A DNA stretch of 11,509 nucleotides from assembly GCA_963806035.1 (NCBI GenBank), contig CAWDWO010000002.1, positions 1 to 11,509 on the forward strand. Direction: 5' to 3'. The notes below the pieces were generated by a model. That model saw only the letters and a program-made list of their open reading frames with translations. It had not been told where the DNA came from and ran no database searches. This stretch comes from Candidatus Krumholzibacteriota bacterium (GTDB taxonomy: Bacteria > Krumholzibacteriota > Krumholzibacteriia > JAJRXK01). Of this stretch, positions 6,716 to 11,509 are shown piece after piece. The translations under genes and the position numbers were made by a program. Within the stretch, counting starts at the first letter, position 1; every line of letters begins with the position of its first letter.

Positions 6716-8154
6716 TTCCCGAAATCCGCGGGTGGAGTGAAACGAATCTCGATGCGCGGTCGCAGGGTAGAATCGGCCGCGCTGCTATCGAAGAAGGGAA
6801 TCTCCAGATAGTGCAGCTCTTCGTTCGAGATCTTCACCAAGAGACCCGGCGGCGTATCCCCGAAGATTCCGTTCACCAGCCTTTGCGTATAATCGGCGAT
6901 GTTGATGCGCAGCTCCTGGTCTCCGGGTTCCGTTCCGCTCATCACGACATCCGAACGGACCGTGGTCAAACCGTCGAGGACTTGCGTAAGACCGGTGATT
7001 TCAAGGCTCTGTGCCTGTGCCTCCGTGGCCTCATACGCCAGCACGCTGAAATCAACCGGAGTCAGGGTACTGTTCTCGAAGGTCCGATCGCCGATGCTGC
7101 GCGCGATGAGATTCGTGTCGTCCTCGGCGCTGGTAAAGGGGATCTGATCGCCCGCTAGACCCCCCATGATCATCTTCGAGGTATCGAAATGCAGCACCAG
7201 TTGGGCGCTGTTGATGGTCGCGGCCCGGGGAATGCCGGACAGGTCGAAGTTCAGCCAGAGCCGGCGTGGGAGGTAGCCCCCTAGGAGGGTAGCCGTTTGC
7301 ACCGGTACCGTTCGTTCGAAAACGGTGAGGCCACTGCCGGCTTTGAAGATCAGACCGAGACCCACCGTGTCCGCGAGATCGTAATTGACGGTGAAGCGCG
7401 GGTAGATGATGGGTACTCCGGTCTCCCGCCGGAACCAGAGCTCGTATTCGTAGGCCGTGAAATTGAAGTAAGGGCTGGTCATGAGCATGAGCGGAGAGTC
7501 ATCCAGATTGACCATGGCGAGACCGTTGAAGGCGCCGTCCTTGATCCAGCCTGCGATTTTTTGCTTGAGCGCCAGGGCATCGGCCGGGTCCTTGCCATCG
7601 AGAAGGTAGAAATACCGGGTTCCCCCGTCCCCTGCCGACACCTCGTACTCCCCGAGTTCCTCGCCCAAGTGGTCGGCCACCGGATCGTTGACCATGGTGG
7701 AATCCAGGGGCGAGGACAGCTCGTAGATCGCCACGTGCAAGGCAAGGTTGCGGTCGAAGCGCGTCACGCGGATGGGGAGAATCGCTTCCTTGATGAGCTC
7801 GGGATCGGCCACCAGTGAATCCGCGGTTCCCGGGCTGACCCCCACGATGGGGTATTGCAGAAAGGGCGTGGCCCGGATGCCCAGATCGGTGCGGTTTCCC
7901 AGATAGAGGAACTGCCGCCGATTGATGGGATTTCCCTCCGGAGGTACGGGCAGTGGCAGGTCGAGGCGCTCTTCCTGCAGGGTGCCGACCACGTCGAGCG
8001 GAATCGCCAAGCTGTCCTGGCTCACGTCGGCGGGGAGATCGCTGCCAGTGGGTCCGAACTCGTTGCTGCTACAGCCATAGGCCAGAAGCACGAGCAGCGA
8101 GGTGGCGAGCAGCAAGAGGCGTCCACCGTGCAGCGGGCGAAGTCTCTCTTTCAT
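6712..8154 (-). CDS. Outer-membrane lipoprotein, DUF4270/DNRLRE-like
   Basis: Hydrophobic signal with lipobox LAYG-C then SS. Pattern C..GSDLP, LYLG, INSAQLVL, LRINIADYTQRLVNG, GLLV, RPRIEIRFT resembles DUF4270/DNRLRE-type domains (recognised from memory, not searched). ATGA overlap with the exbD stop. Confidence 0.65.
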   Translation of the reverse strand: MKERLRPLHGGRLLLLATSLLVLLAYGCSSNEFGPTGSDLPADVSQDSLAIPLDVVGTLQEERLDLPLPVPPEGNPINRRQFLYLGNRTDLGIRATPFLQYPIVGVSPGTADSLVADPELIKEAILPIRVTRFDRNLALHVAIYELSSPLDSTMVNDPVADHLGEELGEYEVSAGDGGTRYFYLLDGKDPADALALKQKIAGWIKDGAFNGLAMVNLDDSPLMLMTSPYFNFTAYEYELWFRRETGVPIIYPRFTVNYDLADTVGLGLIFKAGSGLTVFERTVPVQTATLLGGYLPRRLWLNFDLSGIPRAATINSAQLVLHFDTSKMIMGGLAGDQIPFTSAEDDTNLIARSIGDRTFENSTLTPVDFSVLAYEATEAQAQSLEITGLTQVLDGLTTVRSDVVMSGTEPGDQELRINIADYTQRLVNGIFGDTPPGLLVKISNEELHYLEIPFFDSSAADSTLRPRIEIRFTPPADFGN

Positions 8155-8594
8155 CGTGTCTCGTCCCGGAAAGTCTTGAGCTGCGTGCCGACGGAGACCC
8201 CACCGAAGCCGGCCTCGCGCACCAGATCCATCAAGTGAATGGCATCACCGTAGCGCGCGCCCGCCTCGGCGTTGAGCAACACGGTCGCCTTCTCGTCCTT
8301 GGCCGCCAATTGCTTGAGCCGCGCGGCCAACTGCGAGAGATCCACCTGCTCGTCATTCAAAAGAACCGTGCCGTCCTCGCGCAGCACCAGCTTGTTCTGG
8401 TAGCTCTCCGCACCCTCCGAGCGCGGCGAGGAGGTGGACGACTCGGGCAAATCCAATTGCATTTCCCCTGCCCTCTTGAATGTCCCGGTGACCATGAAGA
8501 AGATCAGAAGCAGGAAGAGCACGTCCACCAACGAGGTGACGTTCAGCGTGACGTTCGAACGCTTCCTGCGCTCGCGGAAGACCATCTCGCTCAC
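8151..8594 (-). CDS. exbD: ExbD/TolR family biopolymer transport protein
   Basis: LNVTSLVDVLFLLLIFFMVT transmembrane segment with the essential Asp, then DLP and C-terminal domain VLLNAEAGARYGDAIHLMDLVREAG. GTGA overlap with the exbB stop. Confidence 0.95.
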   Translation of the reverse strand: MSEMVFRERRKRSNVTLNVTSLVDVLFLLLIFFMVTGTFKRAGEMQLDLPESSTSSPRSEGAESYQNKLVLREDGTVLLNDEQVDLSQLAARLKQLAAKDEKATVLLNAEAGARYGDAIHLMDLVREAGFGGVSVGTQLKTFRDETR

Positions 8595-9247
8595 GCCTCG
8601 ACCCCCCGGTGGAAATCCACCTTCTGCAGTCCGGAGGGCTCAGCGTCTGCGTGGCGCAGGCGATTGACGAGGCGAGAAGCGTAGGCTTCGATCTCGGTGA
8701 TGAGGTTGGCCGCGCGCGAGGCCACCAAATTGTGAGCGATGAGGGTGGGAATCCCGATGGCCAGGCCGACCGCGGTGGTGATCATCGCTTCGCTGATCCC
8801 CTCGCTCAGGGCCTGGGGATTGCCCAGGCCAGCGACGGAGATCGCCCCGAACACTTTGATCATCCCCAGGACGGTTCCCAAGAGCCCCAAGAGTGGCGCA
8901 GCCTGCGCGATGGTCTCCAGCCACACCAAATTGCGTTCGAGCTGCGGCGTCTCCTGCCGACCGGTGTCGACGACCGCATCCCGCATCTCCTGCCAGGGCT
9001 CGTTGGCCCGTTCCAGGCCCTCGCGCATGATGTGACTGAACACGCCGGGATTGCGCCGGCAGATCTCGACGGCCACGGATAGATCCTTGCCCGCCTGCAC
9101 CGATTCGACCACTTCCACGATTTCCTTGGGAAGAACACGGGAGCGGCGCAGCGCGAAGACACGTTCCACCGTGATCGTCCCCGCGAGCAGGCTACAGAGC
9201 GCGAGCGGAATCATCACGGGACCGGCACTGAGAAGGCTATCTATCAT
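8591..9247 (-). CDS. exbB: MotA/TolQ/ExbB proton channel protein
   Basis: TM1 VMIPLALCSLLAGTITVER, then APLLGLLGTVLGMIKVF and GISEAMITTAVGLAIGIP signature helices. GGAG RBS 8 nt upstream. Confidence 0.96.
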   Translation of the reverse strand: MIDSLLSAGPVMIPLALCSLLAGTITVERVFALRRSRVLPKEIVEVVESVQAGKDLSVAVEICRRNPGVFSHIMREGLERANEPWQEMRDAVVDTGRQETPQLERNLVWLETIAQAAPLLGLLGTVLGMIKVFGAISVAGLGNPQALSEGISEAMITTAVGLAIGIPTLIAHNLVASRAANLITEIEAYASRLVNRLRHADAEPSGLQKVDFHRGVEA

Positions 9248-9287
9248 CTGTCGCGCTCCAGGCGATCATCGGGTGAATTCGGCCCCC

Positions 9288-9316
9288 ACCATAGGGGCAA
9301 GGGCAGCCGCTGGCAA
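9288..9316 (-). promoter_or_regulatory. Putative internal sigma70-type promoter upstream of exbB
   Basis: TTGCCA (9316-9311), 17 bp, TATGGT (9293-9288) in the 97-bp gap between the tonB-like gene and exbB. Confidence 0.6.
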
Positions 9317-9344
9317 GCAAGCGCGCCCGCAGCCCACCGGAGCT

Positions 9345-10421
9345 TCAGCGCCGGTGCAGAGGGGGATAGATGAGCTTGATTCGTAACACGAGAGTGGGTT
9401 CGGGGAATCCTTCGGGCAGCGGCCGAAACGGGGCGGTCGCTTTGAACGCGGCTACGCTGTTCTGGCCGAGGGATTCGTGTCCTTTCTCATCGAGAACGTC
9501 CAGGCGCAACATACGGCCATCGGGAGCGATTTCCAGCTCCACCACCGTGTAGCCGTCGATCAGACCCAGATAGTACGCGTAAGGTGCCACCCAGTTCCTC
9601 ACGAAGTCGCGGCGGAAGCGCTGCAGCCAGGGAGCCCAGGCCCATTCCAGGGTGTTCAGACTGATATCGCCGAAGAGAGCGGTGTTGCCGCCGGGGTTGT
9701 GCATCTCCTCCTGGAAGATGTCCTGCATCCCCTTGTCGGGATGCAGCAACTGGGGCACCGCGCGCCCCTGGTTGCGCAGCAGCTCCTTGCTGGGATCGCT
9801 GGGCGCGCGCCGGCGATCCAACTCGCTCTGCTCCTGCCCATGGCGCAAGTTCTGCTCCTTCGCCTTTCCGTTCTGCTGATCCATGGTGGCGGGAAGATCC
9901 TGCTTGCCGCCGGCAGAGGGGGTGTGCGATTCGTCCTCGGCCTGGCCCTCTTCGCTACCCTTCGGGCTGGGCTGAGTTTTCGGCGCAGCTTCCTGGCCCT
10001 GCGAGCTCGGCCGCATCGCCACCTGGGGAATTTCCGAATCTCCCGTCATATGAGGAAGCGCTCCCTCGACCCCGCCTTCCTTCTGATCTCGCGCGCGGCT
10101 GGTGACGTTGCTCAAGAGATCCGCCTTCTCGGGGGCTTTGTCCTGCCGATCCGGCGGAAGTTCGCTGAAAGTCTTGGGCTCTTCCGATTTTTTCGAATCT
10201 GTCTTGGCGGCAGGGGGAGCCGAGTTCTTCTGGAACACCAGATGAAGGGGCTCGGGCTCCTTGGCTTCGACTGGCTCGGCCTGGAAGGGTTGCAGGACCG
10301 CGAGCAAGGTCAGAACGGAGGCATGCAAAAGGAGGGTGAGCAAGAATGCCCACAGCCAGACTCTCGCCTCGTTCGCGGTGGAATCGTTCCGCCCACGCTC
10401 ATTTGCCGGTCGGATTGACAA
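9345..10421 (-). CDS. TonB/TolA-family energy transducer
   Basis: N-terminal TM with conserved His (AFLLTLLLHASVL), a long charged low-complexity linker, and a TonB/TolA-type C-terminal domain (RNWVAP...VVELEIAPDGRMLRLDVLDEKGHESLGQNSVAAFKATAPFRPLPEGF). TTG start with GAGAGG about 10 nt upstream. Adjacent to exbBD. Confidence 0.88.
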   Translation of the reverse strand: MSIRPANERGRNDSTANEARVWLWAFLLTLLLHASVLTLLAVLQPFQAEPVEAKEPEPLHLVFQKNSAPPAAKTDSKKSEEPKTFSELPPDRQDKAPEKADLLSNVTSRARDQKEGGVEGALPHMTGDSEIPQVAMRPSSQGQEAAPKTQPSPKGSEEGQAEDESHTPSAGGKQDLPATMDQQNGKAKEQNLRHGQEQSELDRRRAPSDPSKELLRNQGRAVPQLLHPDKGMQDIFQEEMHNPGGNTALFGDISLNTLEWAWAPWLQRFRRDFVRNWVAPYAYYLGLIDGYTVVELEIAPDGRMLRLDVLDEKGHESLGQNSVAAFKATAPFRPLPEGFPEPTLVLRIKLIYPPLHRR

Positions 10422-10443
10422 GCTCTGGGGTCCTCTCTAAGCT
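10415..10443 (+). promoter_or_regulatory. Sigma70-type promoter for murB
   Basis: Perfect TTGACA (10415-10420), 17 bp, TAAGCT (10438-10443), 33 nt upstream of the murB ATG. Confidence 0.75.
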
Positions 10444-10476
10444 GGCGACTCGAAGTCTCCCTCAGGGTGTAGTCTA

Positions 10477-11448
10477 ATGCCCGGTTTCGCCACTTCGGAG
10501 TCCATGCACGCACCTCATCAATACTCCGAACTCGATGAGAGATTCCCGGGCCGTCTTCAAAGGGACCACCCGATCGCCCCGCATACCACTTTCAAGATCG
10601 GCGGCGCCGCGGACCGTTTTGTCGAGGTCGAGGATCGCATCCTCTTGGCCGAACTGTTGACCGCGGCCCGCGAGCTGAAGATACCGACTTTCCTCATGGG
10701 TGGCGGTAGCAATCTGCTCTTCGACGACGCGGGCTTGAGAGCCCTCGTGATCGCCGACCGCATGACCCAGAGAACTTACGAGGGCAGGCTGATCCGAGTC
10801 GAGTCGGGAGTGGGCTTCCACGAGTTGATCCTTCAGAGCGTGGAGCAAGGCCTCGGTGGACTGGAGTTCGCGGCGGGCATTCCCGGCACGGTGGGTGGCG
10901 CGGTATGGGGTAATGCCGGCTGCTACGGCCAATCCATCGGCGACTTCCTGGTCACCGCACGCTGGATCGAGAAGGACGGCCGGGTGGTCGAAGTCGGGCC
11001 CGCCGCTTTTGAATTTGCCTACCGCGACAGCGCGCTCAAACGCAACGGCAACGTTCTCGTCGATTTCGCGCTGCACTTGAACGAGGGAAACCTCGCGCAG
11101 AGCGAGGCCACGATTCACAAGAACGTGCAGCTCCGCGAGCGCAAGCATCCCCACGGCGAACCCTGCGCCGGTAGCTACTTCAAGAACGTCCCACCTTTGG
11201 ATCCAAACGATCGACGCATCCCGGCCGGCAAGTTGTTGGAGGAGGTCGGAGCCAAGTCGCTGCGGGTGGGAGGAGCGGCCGTCTTTCACAAGCACGCCAA
11301 CATCATCATCAACGCCGGCGGCGCAACTGCCAAAGACGTGCTCACGCTGGCTGCGGAAATGAAACGTCGGGTGCGCGAACAATTCGGGATCGAACTGGAA
11401 GAAGAAGTGAGCTACATCCCCCCTGAGCTCAACGCCCCAGCCAGGTGA
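10477..11448 (+). CDS. murB: UDP-N-acetylenolpyruvoylglucosamine reductase MurB
   Basis: HTTFKIGGAAD, GGGSNLLFDDAG, GLEFAAGIPGTVGGAVWGNAG, FAYRDS, AGSYFKN, HANIIINAGGATAKDV, LEEEV. Alternative start ATG 10504. Confidence 0.97.
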   Translation: MPGFATSESMHAPHQYSELDERFPGRLQRDHPIAPHTTFKIGGAADRFVEVEDRILLAELLTAARELKIPTFLMGGGSNLLFDDAGLRALVIADRMTQRTYEGRLIRVESGVGFHELILQSVEQGLGGLEFAAGIPGTVGGAVWGNAGCYGQSIGDFLVTARWIEKDGRVVEVGPAAFEFAYRDSALKRNGNVLVDFALHLNEGNLAQSEATIHKNVQLRERKHPHGEPCAGSYFKNVPPLDPNDRRIPAGKLLEEVGAKSLRVGGAAVFHKHANIIINAGGATAKDVLTLAAEMKRRVREQFGIELEEEVSYIPPELNAPAR

Positions 11449-11509
11449 GAGGACGGCTCATGTGCCGTCCCGCCACTTCCAGATCCACTTGGTAGCGTCC
11501 GCGAGCGAC
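11429..11509 (-). CDS. 3' end of a probable convergent gene with FlgD/T9SS type A sorting-domain-like tail (partial)
   Basis: Minus frame from the window edge reads VARGRYQVDLEVAGRHMSRPLTWLGR*, matching the GxYxxxLxxxG....(K/R)xxxL pattern of such domains. Only 26 codons are visible. Confidence 0.45.
   Translation of the reverse strand, partial: VARGRYQVDLEVAGRHMSRPLTWLGR
11451..11470. terminator. Short hairpin immediately after murB stop
   Basis: GGACGGC-TCATGT-GCCGTCC, a 7-bp perfect stem 2 nt after the murB TGA. No U-tract. Confidence 0.35.

Noticed and set aside
9477..11382. Long antisense ORFs 9477..10418 (+) and 10474..11382 (-), and similar nested ORFs elsewhere
   Set aside because: They lie opposite well-supported genes, have no recognisable motifs, and are explained by stop-codon scarcity in high-GC coding DNA.

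Overview
GC-rich, gene-dense bacterial chromosomal window from a diderm organism, with no mobile element or CRISPR array visible. Gene content points to the FCB superphylum, possibly a candidate phylum (inference only). Most genes are on the minus strand, in this transcriptional order: TonB/TolA-like energy transducer > exbB/tolQ-type > exbD/tolR-type > DUF4270-like lipoprotein > FadL/PorV-like outer-membrane beta-barrel > exported TPR protein > mnmA > AsmA-family protein, then a separately promoted tRNA cluster (Ser-UGA, Ser-GCU, Arg-ACG), then a lipoprotein cyclophilin running off the left edge (absent from the ORF track). murB is divergent on the plus strand. Its 3' end is overlapped by the tail of a probable convergent gene resembling a FlgD/T9SS C-terminal domain. 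Three sigma70-type promoters with 17-bp spacers are readable. The most interesting signal is a proton-motor pair tightly linked to a lipoprotein, a non-TonB-dependent barrel, a TPR protein and an AsmA-like bridge, with no TonB-dependent receptor or tolB/pal in the window. This is a candidate uncharacterised trans-envelope system.
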